In this document: positions 47,364-56,618 of the stretch, in pieces
How the letters are laid out: every line of letters starts with the position of its first letter
Numbering within the stretch: the first letter of the stretch is position 1
NCBI GenBank assembly: GCA_029260965.1
Contig: JAJDCG010000001.1
Location: 312,012-376,011, forward strand
Reading direction: 5' to 3'
DNA from: Candidatus Levyibacteriota bacterium
GTDB taxonomy: Bacteria; Patescibacteriota; Microgenomatia; Levybacterales; UBA12049
Length of the DNA: 64,000 nt
Notes under the pieces: model-generated
The model's database searches: none
Told to the model about the DNA's origin: nothing
The model's input: only the letters and a program-made list of their open reading frames with translations
Translations under genes and position numbers: made by a program

Positions 47364-48650
47364 ATGAAGATTACTATCGTAGGACATGGATATGTAGGTT
47401 TAGTTACGGCATGTGTTTTTGCTGATTTTGGCAATGATGTGTGGGTGATTGGTCGAAATCCTGAAAAAATTGAGAGATTAAAAAAAGGAGATCCTATTTT
47501 TTATGAACCTGAGTTAAAAGAGCTTTTGGGTAGCGTGCTCGAAAAGGGCAAGATACATTTTACTCTTGACTACAAAGAATCAGTGGGTGTATCAGATATT
47601 GTGTTTACTGCTGTAGGTACTCCTCCGCAGACAACTGGAGAGGCAGATCTTTCAATGGTGTTTGATGTTGCTGAGAAAATCGGTAAAAATTTGAAAAAGG
47701 GATTTACTGTTGTTTCTTGCAAGAGCACTGTTGCTGTAGGTACCAATAAAAAAGTTGCAGAGTTGATTGAGAAAGTGAAGCCAGTGGGTGCAGAGTTTGC
47801 AGTTGCATCCTGTCCTGAGTTTTTGAGTCAGGGTACAGCAGTTGATAACACGTTTCATCCCGACCGTGTGGTTATAGGCTCGGACTCTCAAAAAGCAATT
47901 GAGCTCTTGAAGCAGCTTCATGAGCCGATAGATGCGCCAAATATTGTTACAGACCTGGCATCAGCAGAGCTGATAAAATATTCGGCAAATGCGATGCTCG
48001 CAACTAAAATTTCGTATGCAAATGCAATAGCACTGTACTCTGAAAAGGCTGGTGCAAATGTGGAGTTGGTTTTGGATGCAGTTGGCATGGATAAGAGAAT
48101 AGGTCGTATATTTATGAATCCTGGAGTTGGTTATGGGGGTTCATGTCTCCCCAAAGACGTAAAGGCTCTTATTCAGATTGGCCGATCAATGGGCATTGAT
48201 ACAAGCTTTTTTGATGCAGTTGAAGAGGTAAATCTTGTTATGCGTCAAAACGTGATTGATAAGATCGTAAAACTCTCAAGAGATAAAAATATTGCGATAT
48301 TAGGTCTTAGTTTTAAGCCAAATACAGATGATATTCGTGAAGCTCCAAGCGTATACATTATTAAAGAACTTCTTGAAAGAGGATTTAGTATAAATGCCTA
48401 TGATCCAGAAGCGATGAACAAGGTTAAGGATGTAGTAGGTGAAAAGATTAATTATTTCGACAATCCATATGATGCTGCAGAGGGGGTTGATACGGTTGTT
48501 GTTCTTACTGAATGGAACGAATTTAGGGAACTTGATCTTGAGAAATTAAAGAAAGAAATGAAGGGAGATATATTAATTGACGGACGCAATATTTACAATA
48601 CCGAACGTGTTCGCAAAATAGGTTTGAAATATTTTGGTGTTGGTAGATAA
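47364..48650 (+). CDS. ugd: UDP-glucose 6-dehydrogenase
   Basis: GHGYVG, VGTP, KST, PEFL, GYGGSCLPKD, FKPNTDDIRE. Confidence 0.96.
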   Translation: MKITIVGHGYVGLVTACVFADFGNDVWVIGRNPEKIERLKKGDPIFYEPELKELLGSVLEKGKIHFTLDYKESVGVSDIVFTAVGTPPQTTGEADLSMVFDVAEKIGKNLKKGFTVVSCKSTVAVGTNKKVAELIEKVKPVGAEFAVASCPEFLSQGTAVDNTFHPDRVVIGSDSQKAIELLKQLHEPIDAPNIVTDLASAELIKYSANAMLATKISYANAIALYSEKAGANVELVLDAVGMDKRIGRIFMNPGVGYGGSCLPKDVKALIQIGRSMGIDTSFFDAVEEVNLVMRQNVIDKIVKLSRDKNIAILGLSFKPNTDDIREAPSVYIIKELLERGFSINAYDPEAMNKVKDVVGEKINYFDNPYDAAEGVDTVVVLTEWNEFRELDLEKLKKEMKGDILIDGRNIYNTERVRKIGLKYFGVGR

Positions 48651-48653
48651 AGA

Positions 48654-49610
48654 ATGAAAAGAGTACTTATTACAGGAGCAACTGGATTTGTAGGAAAGTA
48701 TCTGATTGACCACTTGGTAGAGATTGGTAATTCTGAAATTTTTGGCACATCCTACGTTGATTCTGATCTTTCTCAGTTTTCGAAACAAAAAAATGTTAAA
48801 ATTAAAAAAGTTGATTTAACAAGTTTTGATCAAACAAAAAATCTGATAGATGATATAAAACCTGATCAAATTTATCATCTTGCAGCCCTCACATCTCCTG
48901 CTGATAGCTTTACTGACGGAACAAGAGTTATTTTGTCAAACATCGGAATTCAGATGAATCTTTTGAATGCTGTGAGGGGATCGAAGCTTGATAAGACTCG
49001 AGTTTTAATAGTTTCCTCAGGTGAGGTGTATGGCATGGTTGATCAATCTGATTTACCTATCAATGAGGAGACGAAGATGCGCCCTGCAAATCCATACGCG
49101 GTATCAAAAATAGCACAAGACTATCTGGCACTACAATACCATCTCTCATATAAAATGAATATTGTCCGCATCCGACCTTTTAATCATACAGGGCCGGGCC
49201 AGACTGATACATTTGTTGTCCCAGCTTTTGCCCGTCAAATTGCAGAAATAGAAAAGGGACAAAAAGATCCTGTCATAAAAGTCGGGAGTCTTGATGCAAA
49301 ACGTGATTTTTCAGATGTCCGTGATGTTGTCAGGGGTTACGTGCTTCTCATGGAAAAAGGAGAAAGCGGAGAGGTGTATAATCTCGGTTCAGGAAAATCT
49401 CTAAAAATACAATCAATTCTGGATACACTTCTTTCCTTTTCTGATATAAAAATTATAGTTGAGAAAGATCCTGCCAGAATGCGTCCGATTGAAGTGCCTG
49501 AGATTTATTCGAATTTTTCTAAAGTTGCGAAAGCAACAGGTTGGAAGCCAGAGATTGGTATTGAAAAAACATTGAAAGACACTCTGGACTATTGGAGAGG
49601 AGTAGTTTAG
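48654..49610 (+). CDS. rmd: GDP-4-keto-6-deoxy-D-mannose reductase (Rmd-like SDR)
   Basis: TGATGFVG, NPYAVSK, RPFNHTGPGQ, RDFSDVRDVV; adjacent to gmd. Confidence 0.8.
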   Translation: MKRVLITGATGFVGKYLIDHLVEIGNSEIFGTSYVDSDLSQFSKQKNVKIKKVDLTSFDQTKNLIDDIKPDQIYHLAALTSPADSFTDGTRVILSNIGIQMNLLNAVRGSKLDKTRVLIVSSGEVYGMVDQSDLPINEETKMRPANPYAVSKIAQDYLALQYHLSYKMNIVRIRPFNHTGPGQTDTFVVPAFARQIAEIEKGQKDPVIKVGSLDAKRDFSDVRDVVRGYVLLMEKGESGEVYNLGSGKSLKIQSILDTLLSFSDIKIIVEKDPARMRPIEVPEIYSNFSKVAKATGWKPEIGIEKTLKDTLDYWRGVV

Positions 49611-49621
49611 AATAATAAATT

Positions 49622-50593
49622 ATGAAGAAAGCTTTAATAACAGGAATAACTGGACAAGATGGATCATATCTTGCTGAATTTCTTTTGAGCAAAGGCTACA
49701 AGGTTTATGGTACTGTTCGTAGGCTTAGTGCTCCAAATATCGGAAACATAAAACATTTTCAGGATAAAGTAGAGTTATTATCTGCTGATCTTTTTGATCA
49801 GTCTTCTATTTCTCAGGCATTGACAAAATCAGAACCAGATGAAGTGTATAATCTCGCAGCTCAATCTTTTGTGAAAGCATCATTTGATCAACCAGTTCTA
49901 ACTGGAGAATTTACAGGAATAGGTGTTACAAAAGTGTTGGAGGCGATAAGATCAGTTAACAAAAAAATAAAATTTTACCAAGCATCAAGTAGTGAGATGT
50001 TTGGAAAAGTTACTGAGACTCCACAGAAAGAGACAACCAGGTTTTACCCTCGTAGTCCATATGGTGTTGCCAAAGTTTATGGACACTACATAACCATGAA
50101 TTATCGCGAGAGCTATGATATGTTCGCATGCTCGGGAATTTTATTCAACCATGAATCGCCAAGGCGGGGAATAGAGTTTGTAACTCGCAAGATTACCAAT
50201 GCTGTCGCGCGGATAAAACTTGGCAAGCAGGAGAAACTGGAGCTTGGGAATATGGATGCCAAACGCGACTGGGGATTTGCTGGAGATTATGTGGAGGCAA
50301 TGTATCTCATGCTGCAGCAGGACGTGCCTGATGATTATGTGGTAGCAACAGGGGAAGCGCATTCTGTTCGCGAATTTGTGGAGCTAGCCTTTGAAGCTGC
50401 GGGTATCAGTGACTGGGAGAAGTATGTGGGTTCTGATAATCCTGACTTTTTGCGCCCTGCGGAAGTTGACTACCTGATAGGTGATGCCAGTAAAGCCAAG
50501 AAAGTTCTTGGATGGACACCCAAAACAAGTTTTAAAAAGCTTGTTGAAATGATGGTCAAATCCGATCTGGATCGGGTAAAAGCCGAAAGATAA
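49622..50593 (+). CDS. gmd: GDP-mannose 4,6-dehydratase
   Basis: [42 protein letters not shown]. Confidence 0.97.
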   Translation: MKKALITGITGQDGSYLAEFLLSKGYKVYGTVRRLSAPNIGNIKHFQDKVELLSADLFDQSSISQALTKSEPDEVYNLAAQSFVKASFDQPVLTGEFTGIGVTKVLEAIRSVNKKIKFYQASSSEMFGKVTETPQKETTRFYPRSPYGVAKVYGHYITMNYRESYDMFACSGILFNHESPRRGIEFVTRKITNAVARIKLGKQEKLELGNMDAKRDWGFAGDYVEAMYLMLQQDVPDDYVVATGEAHSVREFVELAFEAAGISDWEKYVGSDNPDFLRPAEVDYLIGDASKAKKVLGWTPKTSFKKLVEMMVKSDLDRVKAER

Positions 50594-50645
50594 TTACCAA
50601 TCCTCTCTATTTCAAAACCCTCCAAATTTTAGTAAGATATACATT

Positions 50646-51608
50646 ATGTTAAAAGTATTGATTGCAGGTGGTGCTGGGTTTATCGGGTCGCATTTGTGTA
50701 AAAAATTCATTGAAAGAGGAGACAGTGTTTATTGTATAGACAATCTCATTACCGGGGATAAAAATAATATAATTCCACTTCTTGATAATCCTAATTTCAA
50801 CTATCTAGAATACGATATAACCAATTCTCTGGTTGAAATGTTATCGAAAATAGGAGACCTTGATTATGTTTTGCATCTGGCCAGTCCAGCCAGCCCCAAT
50901 AAAAATAGTCCCAGAAGTTATATAAATTTTCCGATTGAGACCCTTCTTGCCAATTCACTTGGCACATATAATCTGCTAAATATTGCCAAAGAGAAACAGA
51001 GCCGTTTTCTTTTCGCATCAACCTCCGAAGTATATGGAAATCCCGAGGTCACACCTCAACCAGAGTCTTACTTTGGGAACGTAAATCCCAATGGTGTTAG
51101 ATCTGTTTATGATGAAGGTAAGAGGTTTAGTGAGGCAATGACGTTTGGTTATAGGAGAAAATTTGGTATTGATGCAAGAATTATCCGTATTTTCAATACC
51201 TATGGTCCTTTCATGCAAAAAGATGATGGACGTGCGGTTTCGGAATTTATTAACCAAGCAATTGCTAACGTCCCAATTACTGTATTTGGAGACGGACAAC
51301 AAACAAGAAGTTTTTGTTATATTGATGACATGGTCGAGGGCATCATGAAGGCAATTGAGGCAAAAGAAACAGCTGGTGAGGTTATAAACCTAGGGAATCC
51401 TGATGAAAGAAAAATATCAGATATTGCAGCAATAATAAAACAGATGACAGGGAGTAGTTCTGAGGTTGTGTTTCAAGAATTACCCCAAGATGACCCCAAG
51501 GTCAGAAAGCCTGATATAACAAAAGCAAAGGAACTACTCGGCTGGGAGCCGACAATAAGTCTTGAGGAAGGACTTAAGCAAACTATTCTCTATTTTAGAA
51601 ACACATGA
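50646..51608 (+). CDS. UDP-glucuronate decarboxylase-like SDR
   Basis: HLASPASP, STSEVYG, Y.GNVNP.G.RSVYDEGKR, RIFNTYGP, QTRSFCY. Confidence 0.9.
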   Translation: MLKVLIAGGAGFIGSHLCKKFIERGDSVYCIDNLITGDKNNIIPLLDNPNFNYLEYDITNSLVEMLSKIGDLDYVLHLASPASPNKNSPRSYINFPIETLLANSLGTYNLLNIAKEKQSRFLFASTSEVYGNPEVTPQPESYFGNVNPNGVRSVYDEGKRFSEAMTFGYRRKFGIDARIIRIFNTYGPFMQKDDGRAVSEFINQAIANVPITVFGDGQQTRSFCYIDDMVEGIMKAIEAKETAGEVINLGNPDERKISDIAAIIKQMTGSSSEVVFQELPQDDPKVRKPDITKAKELLGWEPTISLEEGLKQTILYFRNT

Positions 51609-52768
51609 AGATTGTTGTAATACTACCTACATATAACGAGCGAGAAAATATAAAAGAAATGTTACCTCTTCTCGAGGAGAAAATTTTTCCACAGATCAAA
51701 AATCATGATATGCAAATTTTAGTAGTTGATGATAATTCTCCTGATGGTACCTCAATTGAAGTGAGAAATTTCATGAAGAAATGGAAAAATATAGATCTTT
51801 TGAGTGGTGATAAAAACGGCCTGGGTGCTGCATACGTGCGTGGGATGAAGCATGCTATGGGAAAGATGAAGGCAGGGGCAGTGATGGAATTCGATTCTGA
51901 TTTTCAGCATGATCCACAGGATATACCACGTTTGGTTGACGCGCTGGATCTGGGTGCAGATTACGTGATTGGTAGTCGTTATGTAAAAGGAGGATCAATT
52001 CCCAAGGAGTGGGGAATTGATAGAAAATTTTTGAGTGTTTTTGGCAGTCTTTTTACCCGAATTGTCTGGCTAAATTTTCAGATACATGATATGACATCTG
52101 GATTCAAGCTTACAAAAACTGAATTTCTTAAAAAAATTGATCTAGATAATCTGATTTCTAATAATTTCGCATATAAGATGCAAATACTTCATGATGTCGT
52201 AAAAAAAGAGGCAAAAGTAGTCGAGGTGCCAATAGCATTTCTAGAGCGGGAGAAGGGAGCAAGTAAAATTTCTAAGAAAGATCAATTTGAGTCGCTATAT
52301 GTTGTCCTTAGACTTGCTGTGTACGATCATAAAAGATTTGTGAAATTTTTGATTGTTGGCGGAACGGGATTCTTGATCCAATATGTTGTTCTGTATCTTT
52401 CTGTAAGTGCGAATCTTGAACAATTTGTAGGCGCTGGGTTGTCAGCAGAAGCAGCAATTCTTTCGAATTTTTTCCTTAATAATATTTGGACTTTTAATGA
52501 CACGAAGGAGGTCAAAGAAAAGGGAAATATTTTTGCAAGGCTCATCAAGTTTAATACTGCTTCCCTTGGTGCAATTGGCATTCAGACGCTTTCTATATAT
52601 ATTGCTGTTAAGCTTTTGGGTGAAAAGATTTCTATACTTGGCCATGCGGTACATACTTCCTTTATTGTTTTATTGCCTACGATTGTACTTTTGGTAATAC
52701 CACTGAATTATTTTATTTACAATAAGCTAATTTGGAAAACACAATACCTCAAGAAAAAACAGATTTGA
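51605..52768 (+). CDS. Polyprenol-phosphate mannosyltransferase-like GT2 fused to GtrA domain
   Basis: PTYNERENI, VDDNSPDGT, D.DFQHDP, GSRYV.GG; C-terminal KFLIVG...NF.LN..WTF. Confidence 0.92.
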   Translation: MKIVVILPTYNERENIKEMLPLLEEKIFPQIKNHDMQILVVDDNSPDGTSIEVRNFMKKWKNIDLLSGDKNGLGAAYVRGMKHAMGKMKAGAVMEFDSDFQHDPQDIPRLVDALDLGADYVIGSRYVKGGSIPKEWGIDRKFLSVFGSLFTRIVWLNFQIHDMTSGFKLTKTEFLKKIDLDNLISNNFAYKMQILHDVVKKEAKVVEVPIAFLEREKGASKISKKDQFESLYVVLRLAVYDHKRFVKFLIVGGTGFLIQYVVLYLSVSANLEQFVGAGLSAEAAILSNFFLNNIWTFNDTKEVKEKGNIFARLIKFNTASLGAIGIQTLSIYIAVKLLGEKISILGHAVHTSFIVLLPTIVLLVIPLNYFIYNKLIWKTQYLKKKQI

Positions 52769-52770
52769 TT

Positions 52771-54303
52771 ATGGGAAAGAAAACTAAATTAATTATTTTA
52801 ATTTTAATACTCGCACTTTCGATTTTCCTTCGCCTCTATCGCATTTCAGATTATATGACTTTTTTGGGAGATGAGGGTAGAGACGTGGCAGTTGCTAGAG
52901 AAATACTTCATGGGGATTTCACCCTTCTTGGACCTCGAGCATCAGCAGGAGATTTTTTTCTTGGTCCTATTTATTACTACATGATAACGCCATTTTTGTG
53001 GATATTTAACTATGACCCTGTTGGTCCTGCTGTAATGGTTGCCTTATTTGGTGTGGCGACTGTGTATCTGGTTTATTTTACAGGTAAAAAGTTTTTTGAC
53101 GAGCGGGCAGGACTTTTTGCGGCCAGTTTGTATGCGGTCTCGCCACTTGTGATTACTTATTCTCGATCATCCTGGAATCCCAATGTCTTACCTTTTTTCG
53201 CACTTCTCATAATGTATGTAGTATATAAAGCGACATACAGAAAAGACGCATGGAAATTTTACTTATTGGCAGGATTTCTTCTCGGGATTGCGCTACAACT
53301 TCATTATTTAGCATTGCTTTTAGGAGTTATAGTTGGTGTATATGTAGTATCGGCATCACTTTTTTTGAATAAGAAAAAATCTGTTCTGACTGTCCCGAAG
53401 AATTATCTCGAGATACTGATAGGTTTTCTGATAGGTTTTTCGCCCTTTTTGGCATTTGAGATAAGACATGGATTCCCGAATATAAAAACTATTTCGGGAT
53501 TCATTCTGGGTGACACCCTAAATAAGGGTTATGATGCAGGTATTAGTTATTTTACCATAGTTGTGGATGTGTTTTTTAGAACTTTTGGCAGGCTTGTTTT
53601 TAATTTTCCAACTCCTGACCGCTACGAAAAATTTTCTCAACTCACACTGGATGTTTTTGGAGCCATAATTGTTCTGATTGCTTTTGCTTCTATCATTGCA
53701 TTGTTTTTCCGAAAAGATAAGCTTTCGGTAAGACTTCTTTTGATATGGCTTGTTTTTGGTTTGTTGCTTTTTGGTTTCTACAAAAAGCCTATTTTTGATT
53801 ATTATCTTACATTTCTTTTCCCACTACCATTTCTACTTGTGGGCAGCATGCTTTCTTTTCTTTCGAATTGGGAGAAGCGGACTGGATTTACCTTGAGTAT
53901 TATTTTGTTTGCTGGTGTTTTTGCCTACAATTTAACAGGTGTGCCTTTTCTTGATGAGCCCAATAGGCAGAAAGATCAGATAAAAACAATATCAGAATTT
54001 GTAATTGAGAAGTCTGATTACAAACCATATAATTTTGCGCTTTTAGCAAGTGGTAATTCAGATCATGGGTATCGTTATTACTTTGACATACTTGGGCATG
54101 AGCCTGTGAGGATCGATAATACGATAGATGATCCAGAAAGAAAAACTGTTACTGATCAGCTGCTTGTTGTTTGTGAGGAAAAAGTTTGTGAACCACTGGG
54201 GCATCCGCTTTTTGATATTGCAGGTTTTGGTAGGGCAAGCGTTGAGGAGGAGTGGAGTATTTCAGTTGTTAAAGTTTATAAACTCGTCCCTTATGTTGAG
54301 TAA
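52771..54303 (+). CDS. GT-C (ArnT/PMT family 39) membrane glycosyltransferase
   Basis: F.GDEGRD, GP.YYY, SR.SWNPN, QLH; many TMs. Confidence 0.88.
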   Translation: MGKKTKLIILILILALSIFLRLYRISDYMTFLGDEGRDVAVAREILHGDFTLLGPRASAGDFFLGPIYYYMITPFLWIFNYDPVGPAVMVALFGVATVYLVYFTGKKFFDERAGLFAASLYAVSPLVITYSRSSWNPNVLPFFALLIMYVVYKATYRKDAWKFYLLAGFLLGIALQLHYLALLLGVIVGVYVVSASLFLNKKKSVLTVPKNYLEILIGFLIGFSPFLAFEIRHGFPNIKTISGFILGDTLNKGYDAGISYFTIVVDVFFRTFGRLVFNFPTPDRYEKFSQLTLDVFGAIIVLIAFASIIALFFRKDKLSVRLLLIWLVFGLLLFGFYKKPIFDYYLTFLFPLPFLLVGSMLSFLSNWEKRTGFTLSIILFAGVFAYNLTGVPFLDEPNRQKDQIKTISEFVIEKSDYKPYNFALLASGNSDHGYRYYFDILGHEPVRIDNTIDDPERKTVTDQLLVVCEEKVCEPLGHPLFDIAGFGRASVEEEWSISVVKVYKLVPYVE

Positions 54304-54305
54304 TC

Positions 54306-54337
54306 AAAAAAATCCCCCACCAGTAGGTGAGGGATTT
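54306..54337 (-). terminator. Intrinsic terminator between convergent genes
   Basis: Minus strand AAATCCCTCACC-TACT-GGTGGGGGATTTTTTT. Confidence 0.8.
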
Positions 54338-54389
54338 CCAGTTATTAGTTGTTCCCTGAAGTTATTTTAAACAACTTCAAAGAGATAAG

Positions 54390-54539
54390 TTAGTTTGCTC
54401 CTATTTTGTACATTCCTGTACCACAAACTGGACACTTACCCTTGGTAGCTGGTTTACCGTTTTTCATTGTTACGTCTTCTGCATTTTCAAAATCTCTTTT
54501 CGCTCTGCATTTTACGCAATAACCTACTTTTGCTGGCAT
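54390..54539 (-). CDS. 49-aa zinc-ribbon protein, DUF5679-like (MPAKVGYCVKCRAKR...MKNGKPATKGKCPVCGTGMYKIGAN)
   Basis: Manual translation; AGGAGGTG SD; YCVKC and CPVCG motifs; missed by ORF track. Confidence 0.9.
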   Translation of the reverse strand: MPAKVGYCVKCRAKRDFENAEDVTMKNGKPATKGKCPVCGTGMYKIGAN

Positions 54540-54588
54540 AGTTTTATTCACCTCCTTTCATATTTCTTTTATTTATCATGTTTCGTAT

Positions 54589-54864
54589 TTACAGAAAGAG
54601 TTTGATTAATACCTCAATCATCATGATTACGCCAGTGAAAACAACAGTTTTTCTAAGATCTTTTGTAAAGTCTCTACTATTCAGGGCCTTAGATTGACTA
54701 TCAGTAGGTGTATAACTAAAAGTAGGACTTTGAAATTCTGTTTGTGGTTGATGAGTGGTAAAGTGTTGTTTTTCCTGTGGAATTTGGGCAATTTGATAAT
54801 TCATAGCCTGCCGTTTAGTTTCGGCAAGAATTTTTTCTCTCCTGGTTTTTTTTCGTTTAGCCAT
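54589..54864 (-). CDS. Hypothetical protein, basic N-terminus and C-terminal TM
   Basis: 91-aa ORF with TTGACA-18-TAATCT promoter. Confidence 0.75.
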   Translation of the reverse strand: MAKRKKTRREKILAETKRQAMNYQIAQIPQEKQHFTTHQPQTEFQSPTFSYTPTDSQSKALNSRDFTKDLRKTVVFTGVIMMIEVLIKLFL

Positions 54865-54921
54865 GAGTTAGCCTAGATTACACTATTGACAGCTTCGGTG
54901 TCAAGAGGCTAATATAAATAA

Positions 54922-55386
54922 ATGCCATTTCCTATAATCCTCGGATTTTCTCTATTAATACTTGTCTGGTTGTCAGCGCTTACTTTCTACCTCGTGCGTA
55001 CTGTTAGAAACTATACAGTATTTACGAGTGGTGTAAACAAGAAAACCCTCGAAGAAGTATTGACACGTATGGTTGGTGAGCAGAAATTGGCTAGAAAAGA
55101 TATTGCATATTTAAGTGAGCGATGTGATAATATAGAGAGACGAGAGTTGTTGCATATTCAAAAAATAGGTCTCTTGAGGTTCAATCCATTCAAGGATACT
55201 GGGGGCGATCAGAGCTTTGTCCTATCATTAATTGATGCAAAAGATACAGGAGTTGTAATTACAGCGCTGTATTCTAGGTCAGGAACCAGATGGTACGCAA
55301 AGAAAGTGATAAATGGAAAGGGTGTTGAGCATGAACTCTCAAGCGAAGAAGTAAAATCATTAAAGATTGCAAAAAATGATGAATAA
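54922..55386 (+). CDS. DUF4446 family protein
   Basis: TM, coiled coil, QKIGLLRFNPF.DTGGDQSF...R.YAK...LS.EE. Confidence 0.88.
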   Translation: MPFPIILGFSLLILVWLSALTFYLVRTVRNYTVFTSGVNKKTLEEVLTRMVGEQKLARKDIAYLSERCDNIERRELLHIQKIGLLRFNPFKDTGGDQSFVLSLIDAKDTGVVITALYSRSGTRWYAKKVINGKGVEHELSSEEVKSLKIAKNDE

Positions 55387-56536
55387 AAAAATTTTAATAT
55401 TAATTTCAATAGGACTATACTTAATATCTACAGGTGTCTCGTATTTTCTTTTTTCTGGATCCTCTGTTGCTCAGGGAGGAGAAGTAGATATACCAAAATC
55501 AGCAAAAATTGATAATGACTATGAAGCGATAACTTTTGATCCTAACGCACCAAAAACAGAAGAATGTCCTCTCAATGGCGCGATGTATTCAAAAGAACAG
55601 CGCGCATGGTGGGAAAGTCATAGGCCACTTGGAGTTATGATCGAGAACCACGTTGAATCTCGACCGCAGTCAGGCATTAATGCAGCTGATGTTACTTATG
55701 AAGCTGTTGCCGAGGGTGGGATAACCAGGATGCTGAATGTCTATCATTGTAATGATGCTGGTATAGTTGGTCCTGTGAGATCAGCACGAACATATTTTCT
55801 TGATTATATATCAGAATATGGAGATTACCCACTTTATGCACATGTAGGTGGAGCAAATACTCCAGGTCCAGCTGATGCTTTGGGTCAGATAGATCAGTAT
55901 GGTTGGGGTGGATATAACGACCTTAACCAATTTGCCATAGGCTTCCCCACTTTCAGAAGAGATCAGACGAGGCTGGGAAGAACAGTTGCGACAGAACACA
56001 CTATGTATTCTGTCACCAACAAGCTTTGGGAGGTTGGAAAGGAACGCGGGCTTACGGATGAAGACGAAGATGGTAATTCTTGGAGCGAGAATTTTGTGCA
56101 GTATTCTTTCAAGGACGATAGTCCATCAGGCAGGAAACAGACAGTTGATGTTGATTTTTGGGAGGGAGCTGCCTATGCAGTCAGGTGGATTTATGATTCT
56201 GAAAAAAATATATATCTCAGGCAGAATGGTGGAGAAGACCATATAGACCGCAATACAAAAGAGCAACTAAAGGCTAAGAATCTGGTTGTTCTTTTCATGA
56301 GCGAGCGTCGCGCAAACGACGGTTATGAGGGCAATGTCCATCTTCTTTATGGAACAGTGGGTTCGGGAGACGCACTAGTTTATCAGGATGGTAGAGAGAT
56401 AGAGGCTACATGGGAGAAATCGGATCGTGAATCAAGAACAATAATCTATGATGAAAACGGAGATGAGATAGAATTTAACAGAGGTAAAATCTGGTTTATG
56501 ATAGAACCCCTAGATGGAACTGTTACCGCAAAGTAG
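55376..56536 (+). CDS. DUF3048 family protein
   Basis: RPLGVMIEN...RPQSG...AD..YE..AEGGITR, GPVRSAR. Confidence 0.9.
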   Translation: MMNKKILILISIGLYLISTGVSYFLFSGSSVAQGGEVDIPKSAKIDNDYEAITFDPNAPKTEECPLNGAMYSKEQRAWWESHRPLGVMIENHVESRPQSGINAADVTYEAVAEGGITRMLNVYHCNDAGIVGPVRSARTYFLDYISEYGDYPLYAHVGGANTPGPADALGQIDQYGWGGYNDLNQFAIGFPTFRRDQTRLGRTVATEHTMYSVTNKLWEVGKERGLTDEDEDGNSWSENFVQYSFKDDSPSGRKQTVDVDFWEGAAYAVRWIYDSEKNIYLRQNGGEDHIDRNTKEQLKAKNLVVLFMSERRANDGYEGNVHLLYGTVGSGDALVYQDGREIEATWEKSDRESRTIIYDENGDEIEFNRGKIWFMIEPLDGTVTAK

Positions 56537-56618
56537 TGATAAATATTGATTTAATCTGGATTCTAGATGTTGACAATATCTGATAGAAAACTATATGCTA
56601 TCTATAGTATAGGCTACA

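Noticed and set aside
54886-54904. TTGACA-GCTTCGG-TGTCAA hairpin as ncRNA
   Set aside because: Better explained as back-to-back -35 boxes of two divergent promoters
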